Shown here: positions 26,241-39,221 of the stretch, piece by piece | How the letters are laid out: every line of letters starts with the position of its first letter | Numbering within the stretch: position 1 is the stretch's first letter | The notes under the pieces: generated by a model | Told to the model about the DNA's origin: nothing | The model's input: the letters and a program-made list of their open reading frames with translations, nothing else | Database searches by the model: none | Assembly: GCF_008831285.2 (NCBI RefSeq) | Contig: NC_045138.2 | Coordinates: 28,334,001-28,398,000 of the forward strand | Source: Nymphaea colorata | Lineage: Eukaryota | Direction of reading: 5' to 3' | Length of the DNA stretch: 64,000 nucleotides | Program-made: the position numbers and the translations under genes

Positions 26241-26770
26241 TTACAACGCCCATTTATGAGTAGGGAAACCACCCGTCATAATCTGAATTCTGGATTGCTT
26301 ATCCAAACAAAATGTCAAGTGAACAATATCACTTAGTCTGTCCCAAGCTCCCAGAGCCTCACTCTTAACAGAGCAAAAATTAGTAAGTGAATCCATTTTC
26401 TGTTCACTAGCCCAACGATCTGTCAGTTCAATAATGCTAAGTGCTAACAACACTTTCATCAGCTATTCAAGAAAGAGCAAACCAACCAAATCCACGACAT
26501 CAATTAGGAATTCTGATGCATCCCAAAATGTTTGTCGAATAGGAGAAGCAGCATCAGTCACCCTTTCAAATTGTTTAATGACATCTTCCTTTGCATACTC
26601 GACGTAATCAGTCCCATCATAACCATGACCTTTTCCTGCAGCTTGTAAGTGTAAGTATTGCACTTCATTGTCAAGTTCACCTAGCTTACCTTAAGAAGCT
26701 TCAGCCTGTCTTGATGAACTTGGTTTTGTTTTCTTGTATCCTCAAGGTCTTGTCTTAACTCTTCATCATT
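26241..26770 (-). pseudogene. Broken intronless ORF (~175 codons) of unknown family
   Basis: ORFs 26463-26663 and 26241-26459 are in the same frame, separated by one TAG. A frameshifted upstream piece NDEELRQDLEDTRKQNQVHQDRLKLLK looks coiled-coil. Confidence 0.4.
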
Positions 26771-28479
26771 TTAATGCAAAGGAAGTAGATTTCTTTTTTT
26801 ACAATCCTGGAAGGGTACAATATTGCAGTCACACTGACATTGGTGACCCATATCGGAAGGGTACAATATTGTAGTCAAATGCTGGCAGTGCTAAGAAAAT
26901 TAAAAAAAGAAAAGATAAATGCAAAGCAAGAAACAAGATAAGAAAAAATGAGAAAGAAATCGTAAGTTGAAATTTTTATTAATTGTTGGCACTCTTTATT
27001 CTTTTCATGTAATATGTTGGTCCTCTTAGTAATTTTTTGTTAATATGTTTAAGGAGATTAGAGTTAATGAAGGACAACTTTTCTAATTCCTTTCTTTCCT
27101 TGTCAACATGATGTGAAAGGTGGCTTGAATGTAGGGCCATTTGACACCATCTCTAGATGTGCTTTGACTAAATCGATTGTGGGTGTTTTCTAGTTGTCGC
27201 CGTCTCCTTGTTGGACGTATTATTCATCACCAAAAATCTACTGATAACCTAAGAGATCTGGCGATCTGGGTTATGACCAGTTGCAACAACAATGTAGCAA
27301 TGACCACTTTTCTGCTTTGCTTATTATGGTAATTATGCAAAATGTAGGAGCGAGTAGACAGGTAAGTGCTAGTTCAGTTTTTCTTTTTTAAATTATCGGT
27401 TTTATTATAAGTTTGTATGTTTTTGGTCGTTTTTGAGTTCTTGCATGCTTTAGTGTAGATTCTGCATTTTCACAGCTGTAAAAAATAGAAAAGATAGGCT
27501 CTAGTTTTCAACCTGCATAATTTTCTTCTTCAGCAGAAGTTTGTTTGTGATTTAAAAATATTAAATCTGGTTGAAAATTTTTAATTCTTTGTTTGGGCAT
27601 ATTTTAACTTGTCCAAAACAAAGACCAAATTCTATTTTCTGGAAAATTTGTTCAGAAGAGTCATTTTCACAAGTTGACTTTGAACTGTTGTCAACGTAAC
27701 AAAACAGAGGCTAACACATTTCGAAGGGTTAAAGTTGGCATTTTGGCTCATTGTTACTTTGTCACTTTGTAAATACTTTTGGGAAGCGCCTGAAAATGTT
27801 CAGAATTTTGGAGTTGCAGAAAGAGGAGTATTGAATTTTTTAATAAACCCCTGTTTCTTCTATGTAGAAACAGAATTGTGTTTTTCCTGCTTTCTAAATC
27901 AAATTCCTTGATTTTTAACTTTTCGTAGAGAAAACCCTTCTCCAGAGCTTCTTCTACTCTGGTTTGTTTTAGGACTTATATCTTTTATTTCATATTGTTG
28001 GTGGATTTTAGAACTTTTGTGTCCTTGTCATTCTATTGCATTGTCATAATGTATGTCCAAAATTGTAAATTATGAAAGTGCAGTGTGGTCAAAGGGGAAA
28101 AATTCATTTTGTTTAATACATTGTTTGCTTGCTTTTGGTGCAATTTTTCTCTGTAGTGTTGTTAGTAGTAGTGTTCCCTACTAGCAAAAGTTGTTTTGGT
28201 GTCAGCTCACTTAGTTAGGACCGTGGCTTGTCCTTTCACGGGAGGTAGACTAGGCTAGAAGCCAAAACTTGGAACTGGGCCATACACTAAGGGTATTCTT
28301 AGTGTATGAAAGGGCAGAGAACTTTGGGTAGACATTTTCATCAGTTTAAATTGGAAGCAAGAAGTGACGACAAAAGACATAGACACCCAAAGATTGTGGA
28401 TCCAGTCTAAAGTGGAGGAGGTGTTGATAATAATGGGAATAAGGTTAAGGTTGAGACTCATATAAATCCCTCAACTCTA

Positions 28480-31400
28480 GATCCATTCACTCAAAAAATA
28501 TATCATTCATGCATCCTATCAACAAAATCCAGCAATCAGAAGACCTGAGATTGCAACAAACTAACTTTGTTCTACATTTTTATGCTTTTTACAAGAAATA
28601 CAAACTGTTGAGTAACTGACAAATTTGGATGTAGAACATTTTAACACTTCCAAACTGTTTTAATTTGCGAAGCTCACAACTTTCACAAGCTTTACAATTC
28701 CAATTTTAACAAGAAAAGCCTTGAAATTTTCTAGTTTTCAAAACTCTTATACTTTCAAAGTGTTACAGAATTCACAACTATCATAAGTTTTGTAGTCTTG
28801 GACATTTCACAAGTAAAAATGGAAAACTTCAACAGCCTTACACATTATTCAATTTTTTAAAATTTTGTGAGTATGGTTTTGAACTCATAAAGCTTTTGCT
28901 CTTTCGAAATATTTGGACTATTGTTTCGACTTTTCTTTTTTAACATCTTTTTTGAAAGTTCCTAGTGGAATATTTTGCACTATTTCAAAAGTTTCTAGCA
29001 TCATGACAATTATTTTTATGCAATAGTTTTTATATGTTTTACAAGAACTACAAGCTTTTTCATGAATTTGACAAATTAAAAAAAAACTTTTTGGACATTC
29101 CAAACTGCTTCTAATTTTACTAAACTTACAAGTTTTATGAAATCTCATCTTTCACAAGCAAAATCCATAATTTCAACAGCTTACCAAAAATTTTTTGAAG
29201 GGTGATTTTGAAAACTTTCCTCGTTTTACAAAATTCTTTCACTTTTTTTTAAACATTTTTTGAGAAACACAAACTTTTTGACTCGACAAAATTTAGTGAA
29301 AAATTTTGTAAATACTTTCAATATTTTCGATTTACAAATGCCTCACAACTTTCACTGGTTTTGCAACTTCCAGCTATAACAAGTCTTGAAATTTTCAGCA
29401 GTTGACATATTTTCCAATTTTTTATCGAAGTAATGTTTTGAACTCATAACAAATTTGAACTTTTCGAGCAACTTTTGATAATCGTTTCAAATTCTATAAG
29501 GTGACACATTTGAAAATGTACTTTTGCGCTCTTTGAATTTTTTTGTAAACTTGATAACAACTTTTTTAATATTACTTAAAACTTGCATTTTTAGTTATAC
29601 CTTTCTTCAGTTTTGTGAATTCACACCTTCACAAGTAAAATATTCAAAATTTTAATAGCATTAATAGTATGATTTCAAACTCATAAAATTTTGCACTTTT
29701 AAGAAATTTTGACAATTGTTTTGGCTCTTCTAATCTAACATCTTTTTAGAGTTTCTATGAACTTTTTTGCATTATTTAAAAAAATTGCTAAACCTCTTAA
29801 CAGCTATTTTTATGTTACAAAATTTGTTTACATGTTTGTAAGGTTACAAGGCTTTTAAATAATTTTGAAAAGTTTTGAAAATTTTGCAAGTGTCATTTAG
29901 AAATAGTAAATTTGTTCAATTTTGTGACAATTTTTTTGATGTTTAAAGTTGGTATTTTTAAAAGTTTTCTAGTGAATTTTTTTTTGCACTATTTAAAATT
30001 TATAAATTTTCTAAATTCATAGCTTTCACAAGCTTACAAGTTTTGCATGTAAAATCTTTCTTCAATTTTTGAAAATTTTGCAATTACCGTTTGAAAGTTT
30101 TTTCAATTTTCCAAAAGTCTTTCTCCCTTTAATCCTTTTTATAGGAAACACAAACTTTGGAACGAACATGGTGAGGTTTATAATTTTAACAGTGCTTTGC
30201 AACTCCCAAATTTAACACATAAAGTCTTCAAATTTTTAAAATTTTAATATTCTTTAACTTTTGAAAACTTTTCAAGTATTGTTTCAATTCCTGAACTTTT
30301 TGTGCGATGTTAACAATTCCGTCCACTCAAAAAATATATCATTCATGCATCCGATCAACAAAATCCAGCAATCAGAAGACCTGAGATTGCAACAAACTAA
30401 CTTTTTTTTTTACTTTTTTTTGTTTTTTACAAGAAATACAAACTGTTGAGAAACTTGACAAATTTTGTTGTAGAATATTTTAAAACTTCCAAACCGTTTT
30501 AATTTGCGAAACTCACAACTTTAACAAGCTTTACAATTCCAATTTTAACAAGAAAAGCCTTGAAATTTTATAGTTTTTAAAACTCTTGTACTTTCAAAGT
30601 GTTACAAAATTCACAACACATAAAGTCTTTAAATTTTTAATGCTTTTTAATATTCTTCAGTTTTTGAAAACTTTTTAAGTCTTGTTTCGAATCATGTAGT
30701 TCTTGAACTTTTTGTGCGATGTTAACAATTCAATATACTCAAAAAATATATCCTTCATGCATCCTATCAAGTATCAACAGAATCCAGCAATCAGAAGACC
30801 TGAGATTGCAACAAACTAAGTTTGTTTTACTTTTTTATATTTTTTACAAGAAATACAAATTGTTGGGTAACTTGGTAAATTTTGTTGTAAAAACTTTTTA
30901 ACACTTTCAAACTGTTTTAATTTGCGAAGCTCACAACTTTCACAAGCTTTACAATTCTAATTTTAACAAGAAAAGCTTGAAATTTTGAAAAAATTGATAC
31001 ATTATTCAGTTTTTGACATTTTCTTCAGTTAATGTTTTGTGTACAAAAAAAATTCTGAACTTTTTGAGTGAGTTCGACAATGGTTTCGACTTCTATCAGG
31101 TTGGACATTCTTATGGTAAACCATTTTTGCAAGTTAAAATTTCGTTGACCTTCACAAAGTTTTTCTAGTTTTCAAAACTCTTGTACTTTCAAAATGTTCA
31201 AAATTCACAACTTTCATAAGTTTTGTAGTCTTGGATATTTCACAAGTAAAATATGGAAAACTTCAACAGCCTTACACATTCCTCAATTTTTAAAAATTTT
31301 GAAAGTAAGGTTTTGAACTCATAAAGCTTTTGCTCTTTCGAAATATTTTGACTATTGTCTCGATTTTTCTTTTCTAAGCAACATGACTATTATTTTATTT

Positions 31401-34400
31401 GGCAATCGTTTTTATATGTTTTACAAGAACTACAAACTTTTTCATGAATTTGACAAATTAAAAAAAAACTTTTTGGACATTCCAAACTGCTTCTAATTTT
31501 ACTGAGCTCACAACTTTTACAAGTTTTATGAAATCACATCTTTCACAAGCAAAATCCAGAGTTTCTACAGCTTACCAAAAAATTTTCAAGGGTCATTTTA
31601 AAAACTTTTCTCGCTTTACAAAATTCTTTCATTTTTTGACACTTTTTTTTGAGAAACACAAACTTTTTGGCTGGACAAAATTTAGTGAAAAATTTTGTAA
31701 GTACTTTCGACATTTTTGATTTACAAACACCTCACAACTTTCAGCTATAACAAATCTTCAAATTTTTAAGAGTTGATTTTTTGATCAATTTTTTATTGAA
31801 GTATTGTTTTGCACTCATAAAGAGTTTGAACTTTTCGAGTGACTTTTGATAATCGTTTCACATTCTATATGTTGAAGGATTTGAAAATGTACTTTTGCCC
31901 TCTTTGAAATTTTTGTAAACTTGACAACAATTTTTTTTAATATTACTAAAATCTTGCACTATTTTTCGCACCTTTTGTCAGTTTTTTGAATTTAGACTTT
32001 CACAAGTAAAATATTGAAAATTAATAGCATTAATAGTATGATTTCAAACTCATAAAATTTTGCACTTTTAAGATATTTTGACAATTATTTTGGCTTTTCT
32101 AAGCTAACACCTTTTTAAAGTTTCTATGATTTTTTTTGCATTATTTAAAAAATTGCTAATATTTTTATGCTACAAAATTTGTTTACATGTTTGTAAGGAC
32201 TACAAAGCTTTTAAATAATTTTGAAAAGTTTCAAAAATTTTGCAAGTGTCATTTTAAAATTGTAAATTTGTTCAATTTTGTGACAATTGTTTTGACGTTT
32301 AAAGTTGGTATTTTTTAAAGGTTTCTAGTGATTTTTTTTGCACTATTTAAAATTTAGCCAAACTTTCACAAGTTTTCGAAACTCATAGCTTTTGCAAGTT
32401 TACAAGTTTTGCAAGTAAAATCTTTCTTCAATTTTTGAAATTATCATTTCATAACTTTTCCAATTTTCCAAAAGTCCTCCTTTTAACGCTTTTTATAGGA
32501 AACCTAAACTTTGGAATGGACATGGTAAGGTTTACTCTTTAAATAGGGCTTTTCAACTCCCAACTTTAGCGCATAAAGTCATCAAATTTTCAAAGTTTCA
32601 AATATTCTTCATTTTTTGAAAACTTGTCAATTATTGTTTCGAATCATGCAGTTCATGAACTTTTTGTGCGATGTTGACAATTCCATCAACTCAAAAAATA
32701 TATTACTCGTACATCTTATCAACAAAATCCAGCAATCAAAGACTTGAAATTGCAACAAACTGTTTTACCCTTTTATGTTTATTTACAAGAAATACAAACT
32801 GTTGAGTAACTTGACAGGGTTTTTTAACATTTTAAATTTTTAATGTATTTGACTACTTTTAAACTAACTTTTGTAGACACTTTTCAATACTTTTAATGTC
32901 TACATATTTCACAACTTTGACAAGTTTCATAAACTCACTGTTCTCATAAGGAAAATCTTTAAATTTTGAAAAATTTTAAAAACTTAGTATGTTCTCCAGC
33001 TTGTGAAAATTTTGCAAGTATCATTTCAAAATAGTAAAGTTATTGAATTTTAGCATTTGTTTCTGATTTTGAAAGGTTGCATTTTTTAAAGCATGTTTTA
33101 TATGCTCACAATTTACACACTTTTTATTAGGTCACAACTTTCACAAGTAAATCTTGAAATTTTCAAAATTTCAGAAGTATACAATATTCATCAATTTTGA
33201 AAATTTTGCAAGTGTCAGTTTGAAGTAGTAAAGCTAATCATTTTATGACAATTATAAGTGCTTTACTGCTTTATTGTTTTACAAAACTCTTACATTTTTT
33301 ACGATGATTACAAAATTTGTGACTAATTCGACAGATTTTAATGAATATTTTTATGGTCATTTTAAAACTATTTTGAATTTTACGAAACTCACAAGTTTTT
33401 GAAACTAACAAGTTTTGCAAGTTATAAACCAATAATTTTTGCACGCAAAATTCTTTCTTCAATTTTTGAAAATTTTGCAATTGTCATTTCAATAATTTTA
33501 TTGTTTTATAAGAGTTTTTTCCTTTTGACGCTTTTTATAGAAATCACAAACTTTTGGACCAACTTGACAAGGCTTATAACTTTTGACAGGTTTTTCAACT
33601 CTCAACTTTAACATGTGAACACTTGAAATTTCTAAAGTTTAAGACATTTTTGCATTTTTGAAAACTTTTCAAGATTGTTTCAAACCATATAACTTCTGAA
33701 CTTTTTGACAATCTCGAAAGTTTTGCATATTCTTAAATTATAAAAAATTTCGCAAGTATGATTTTAACCTCATAAAATCTCTGCACTTCTAAGAAATTTG
33801 GACAATTGTTTTGGTGTATTCCAAGTTTACATTTTTTAAAAATCTTTGGTTAAATTCTTTGTACTATTTGAAAAAATGCGGAACCACGTAACATTATTTT
33901 TCGATTTGATTTTTTTTTTAAATGTTATATAAAACCTACAAACTTTTTAATGTATTTGGCGATTTTCAAGCAAACCTTCAAACTGCTTTTAATGTTTATA
34001 TATCCCATGACTTTCACAAATTTCATAAACTCACAACTTTCACAAGTAAAATCTTTAAATTTTTAGAATTTCCAAAAACTTATCACCTACTATAGCTTTT
34101 GAAAATTTTGAAGTGCCATTTTGAAATCATAAAATTACTGAATTTTATCATTTGTTTCTGATTTTAAAGGCTAGCACTTTTTGAAAGCAGGTTTTATAAG
34201 TTCATAACTTTCGCATGTTTTATAAGGTCACAACTTTTTTAAGTAAAATCTTGAATTCAAAATTCAAAAGTGTGGCACACATTTTTTCAAATTTGAAAAC
34301 TTTTCAAGTGTTATTACAAATTAGTACAATTGTTCAATTGTGTGACAATTGTTTTAGCATTTGAAAGTAAGCACTTTTTAAAAGTTTTTTTGTGAAATTT

Positions 34401-37200
34401 TTTGCACTACTTAAAAGTATTTTACAATGATTTCAAACTTTTTTGACTAATTTGACTGATTTTCTACTCTCTCAACTTTTGCAAGTTATAAACCTTTTTG
34501 TTTACATGTAAAAATCTTCAATTTTTGAAATTTTTGCAATTCTCATTTCGAAAATTTTTTCGTTTTGCAAAAGTCTTGCCTCTTTTTCATGCTTTTTACA
34601 CGAAGCATGAACTTTTGGATGAACTTGACAATATATATAACTTTAATATGTTCTGCAACATCCAACTTTTGCACGTAAAGTCTTGAAATTTTTAAAGTTT
34701 TTAAAACATTGTTCTATTTTTGAATACTTTTCAGGTATTATTTTTGCATTTCTTAACAAATGTTGAGAATTGTTTTGGGCTTTTTTAAGTTGACATTTTT
34801 TGAAAATCTATAATGAAATTCTTTGCACTATTTCAAAAATTGCGGAACATCATAACTCTCATGCAAACTTTTCATGACACTTTGAAACAGCTTTTTATGA
34901 TTACATATCTCACGACTTTCACTAGTTTCATAATACACAACTTTCACAAGAAAATCTTTAAGTCTTCAAAAGTTGAAAAACATTGCAAAATTTTCACAAG
35001 TTGTCGAACATGATAGGTTTTTTAAGTTTTTTTGAACTTTTGAAGAACTGCTCCTTTACCAAATCATAAAATTACTAAATTTTGGCTTTTGTTTCTGATT
35101 CTAAAGGCTAGCACTTTTGGAAAACATGTTTTATCACTCATAGCTTTCACACGTTTTATAAATTCACTACTTTCATAAGTAAAATCTTTTCAAACTTTCA
35201 ATAGCGAAGCACATTTTTCAATTTTTGAAAATTTTTGCAAGAGTCATCTTGAAATTAAGGGTGGGCATCGGGCCGGGAAGCCCGGCCCGGGCGCGGCCCG
35301 TTTAAAAATAAAAAAATCATTTTTTAATCATAAAATAATTTTTTAAATATAAAATATATTTAATAATAATAAATATATATTATTAAAACAAAAAAAATTA
35401 AAAAAATATATTTTTTAAACTTTAACGGGCCGACCCGGGCCGGCCTATTGGGCCCAACCGGGCCGCCCGATCCGGCCCGACGCCCACCCTTACTTGAAAT
35501 AGTAAAATTGTTCAATTTTGTGACAATCGTTTCAGAATTTGAAAGTTAACACTTTTTTAAAATTTTGTGAAATTTTGTACTATTTGAGATTTTGTAAAGC
35601 TTTATAAATGTTTTTTGTTTACAGATCTCTTTCAGTTTTTTACATATTTCATAATGATTACAAACTCCTCTTTGTAGACATTTTAAAACTATTTATAATT
35701 TTACAAACCTCTTAACTTTGGTAAGTTTACAAAACTCACAACTTTTGGAAAAATTACTTTTTTAACGAGTGTTCAATTGCTATGTTACATACATTTTTCA
35801 AACCACAAGTTCATGATCTTCACGAGTAAAAATCTTGAAATTTTTAACATTTTTGAAAGTCTAAACATGTTGTTGAATTTAAAAATATTCTGGGTGTCGT
35901 TTTTTGCTCATAAAATTTTCAAACTTTTGAGTGATTTTGACAATTGTTTCGACTTTGGAGAAATTTTTCGCACTGCTTGAGAATTAGCTAAACTTCACAA
36001 GTTTTGTAAACTCACAACTTTTGCATGTAAAATCTTGATACTTTAGACGACTTCTGTTTTTGAAAATTTTTGCAATTGCCATTTTGAAATTTTTCTCTTT
36101 TTACAAGTCTTTCTTGTTTACACTTTTTACAGTGAAATCAAACTTTTGGACGATTTTGACAATGATTTAAGCTTTTTTAAAGTTACACATTTAAATGTGT
36201 TCAGTGAAACTTTTGAACTATTTGAAATTTCTTTAATTTTGATAAAGATTACTCTAATTTTATTTTACAAAACTCTTGTACTTCCAAGCTGTTTTTAGTT
36301 TACAAAACTCACAACTTTCATAAGTTTGTATGCTTAGACTTTTCACAAGTAAAATATTGCAAACTTCAAAAGTTTAACACATTCTTAAATTTTTTGACAA
36401 TTTCACTAGTATAGTTTTAAACTCATAAAGTTTCTGCACTTCTAAGAGTTTTTGACAATTGTTTTGCACTTTTTTGAGATAACATTTTTTGAAAATCTTT
36501 GGTGAAATTCTTTGCACTATTTAAAAAATTGCAGAACATGACAACATGCTTTTGTGTTTCATAAAATTTTTGCATGTTATTTGAAGGCTGCAAACCTTTA
36601 AATATTTTTGTAACAAAATTTTCTGTAGATACTTTCCAACTCTTTTTAGTTTTCTATATCGTACGATTTTCATAAACTCTCGACTTTCATAAGCAAAATC
36701 TTTAAATTTTCAAAAGTGTCAAAAACTGAGCATATTCTCCTACTTGTGAAAATTTTGCAAGTGTCACATGTTTTTTATGATTTTGTTAGTGGTTCTAAAT
36801 TCTCCGTTTTAAACCTGTATAAAAAATTGAAATTTTAAACTCTTGTGGATTTTCGTAAAATTTTAAAAGTAAACTTTTTTGAACACTTTTAAGCTGTTTT
36901 AAGTTTTTCTAGTGGTATTTTAAACCCATATAATTTCTGAATTTTTTATAATTTTCACAATTATTTTGGCACTTGAAAACTTGCACGTTCTCTCAGTCTT
37001 TGCTGAAACTTGTACACTAGTTAAAAATTTGTTGAACATTATAAAATATATTCTGGTTTTGTTGCCCCTTTTTACATGTTTTGCAAAAACTACAAACATT
37101 ACAATTGTTTCCAATTTAATCAATCAAATTTTTTTTTTTTTTGCTAGTTTTTATAAGCACCTTTAGATATGTTTAAACTGCGAATTTGTATATTTTTTAC
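28480..37200. repeat. ~8.7-kb AT-rich modular tandem array with ~2-kb higher-order units
   Basis: The marker caacaaaatccagcaatcagaagacctgagattgcaacaaac recurs at ~28520, ~30356, ~30776 and (diverged) ~32720. Blocks 28730-30315 and 31160-32680 are colinear. Short motifs (cacaactttcacaag, aaaattttgcaagt, tttgacaattgttt) repeat throughout. No meaningful ORF. Confidence 0.85.
35256..35492. mobile_element. hAT-type MITE (237 bp) inserted in the AT-rich array
   Basis: TIRs taagggtgggcatcgggccgg / ccggcccgacgcccaccctta; perfect 8-bp TSD cttgaaat (35248-35255 and 35493-35500); GC-rich subterminal repeats around an AT core. Confidence 0.92.
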
Positions 37201-37444
37201 AAGGCCGAGTTTCAAATCTTTTGGTAGATTTTCTACTTTTGGAAGATTTTGACAGATATTAAGGTTGTGTTTGGATGGCATACTTGATAAACTGTCCTGT
37301 AAAAAGCAAACCGTATGATGATATAATTTTTTTAACCATTTCTTAGAAGTTAGTTTTATTTGTTTATGTGACCAGATCAAAACAATGCTTTTTGTGATCA
37401 GTATAGAGAGATACGATATTCACACCGTTTTGTTATCATTGTTT

Positions 37445-38186
37445 TGTTATGAGCATGGGTACTAAAATATGAAGATGATTAGGATAAGCATGTGAAATAG
37501 GCAGAATTTGCCTATAATAATAGTTATTATTCTATATCAGGATGGCACTATGCAAAGTGGAGTATGGAAAACCATGTCGAACGTCATCATGTGACCTAAA
37601 TTTGGAGATTGTAAGATTGAAAACACCTTAGTCCTGCAAGACTATATTGACTATGCAATTGATCATGGAAAAGGACTTGATGACAGCTTGAAGAAGAGAG
37701 AAGAGTTATACTAATAACAAATGCAGAGGACTTGCCTTTGGCTTAAGAGATAATATATTTTTGAAGATTTTGCTTTCAAGGTTGTCTTCCAGTTCAGTTT
37801 GAAGGGAAAACTAAGTCCAAGATATGTGGGCCTGTTTGAGATTCTTGAACAAGTTGGAGATTTGTCTTATAGACTGTTACAACATTGTCTTTCATGTATC
37901 TATGTTTCAGAAATATGTGGCAGATTCAAAACATGTAATGGATTTCAAGGATGTTTAAGTGCAAGGTGATCTAATAATTAAAAAGAAGCCCATAACAATT
38001 GCGGATAGAAGAGAACAAGTGGATCGGACCTAGCCAATTCTGTTAATCAAAGTAGGCTGTCAACACCATAGCCTCAAAGAATGTACTTAGGAATTGGAGC
38101 TGGACATGAGAAAGAATTACCCTGATCTCTTGTACATAAAGTTGTAATTTCAATATGGAGGATGAACTTTTTTAAGGGGGTAGAAA
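37445..38186 (+). mobile_element. Degenerate Ty3/gypsy chromovirus (Tekay/Del-like) integrase C-terminus, chromodomain and polypurine tract
   Basis: Broken translation AEFAYNNSY...KGKLSPRYVGLFEILEQVGDLSYRL...VFHVSMFQKY...*ELELDMRKNYPDL, followed by PPT-like aagggggtagaaa (38174-38186) and TGTGATATCC. Confidence 0.85.
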
Positions 38187-39130
38187 TGTGATATCCAGTG
38201 GCTTTTTGTTTTAAAAATTGATATTTTTGCTATTAATTACAAATTGGGATGAAAATGGAATTTTACAAGGCTAGGGGCAATTAGGAATGAATTCATGCTC
38301 AAGGAGCGGTAAAAATAGGTATTTATGCATCTGAAATGCATGGTAATACAAGTATTATAACATAAGGGTAAATTGGAATTTTTACCTACCATAGTGTAAT
38401 TCAGAATATGTATATATATATGTGGTGATAAGCCCCTGAATTTTCATAGAAAATATCAAAATTTAGGGTTATGAACAAGTTAGAAAACTGTATATATGTG
38501 TGTGTGTGTATGCATGTGCGTGTGTGTAGCAGAAACGGTATTACTGGAAATAAACTAGAAAAGATGAGCAGTAGAAGTCATAAGATGTAAATGGGTGTTG
38601 TTGGTAAATCTTATATTAATTAGGTAGTGTTTGATTAGAGTTGTTTCTTAAAAAAGATACGTCAAACATATATATACACAAGGGAGATGAGGCAGAGGAA
38701 TTGGGTTTGACCAAAAGGTCCAGACCAACTCAATCCCACTCACCACCTCTCATGTCTTGTCCAAAATAAAAAGGTGCAAGAGATGAGAGAGGATGGCCTT
38801 CAGGCAGAATGAGACTGAGGGAGATTGGGAGAAAGAGGGAATGAGAAAAAGATAGAAGGGGGTGCAGATAGTAGAGTGTGTGGGAGGAAGAAAAGAAAGA
38901 AAAGCCACAACAGCGGCAAGTGAAGAAAGAAAAGAGAAGCTTCCAGCAGCATCAACATGACCTGAGAAGGAGGAGGAGAAAGGCAGCAAAAAATAAATAA
39001 AAGTACATAAAAACTATACAAAAGAAATATCAGTATATACAAATCATACAAATACTAATCATGTGCATACACATGAACAAATACATGTAAAACGGTAAAA
39101 ATAGTAATAAAAATGTATAAGTGCTTTCAT
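38187..39130 (+). mobile_element. Probable (partial) 3' LTR of the gypsy element; right boundary uncertain
   Basis: Starts with TG immediately after the PPT. No matching 5' LTR is in the window, so the end is a guess. Confidence 0.45.
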
Positions 39131-39221
39131 ACATTCTTACAGTAAGTTCTGTTGGTTTGTTATTAATGGATAAAAACTAAGGTATTAATTTCTGAAACTT
39201 TCTGCTGATGCTACATGGTTC

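Noticed and set aside
28500..32800. Recurrent ~60-bp conserved marker, superficially CRISPR-like
   Set aside because: Eukaryotic context; the spacers are kb-long and homologous to each other; no cas genes.
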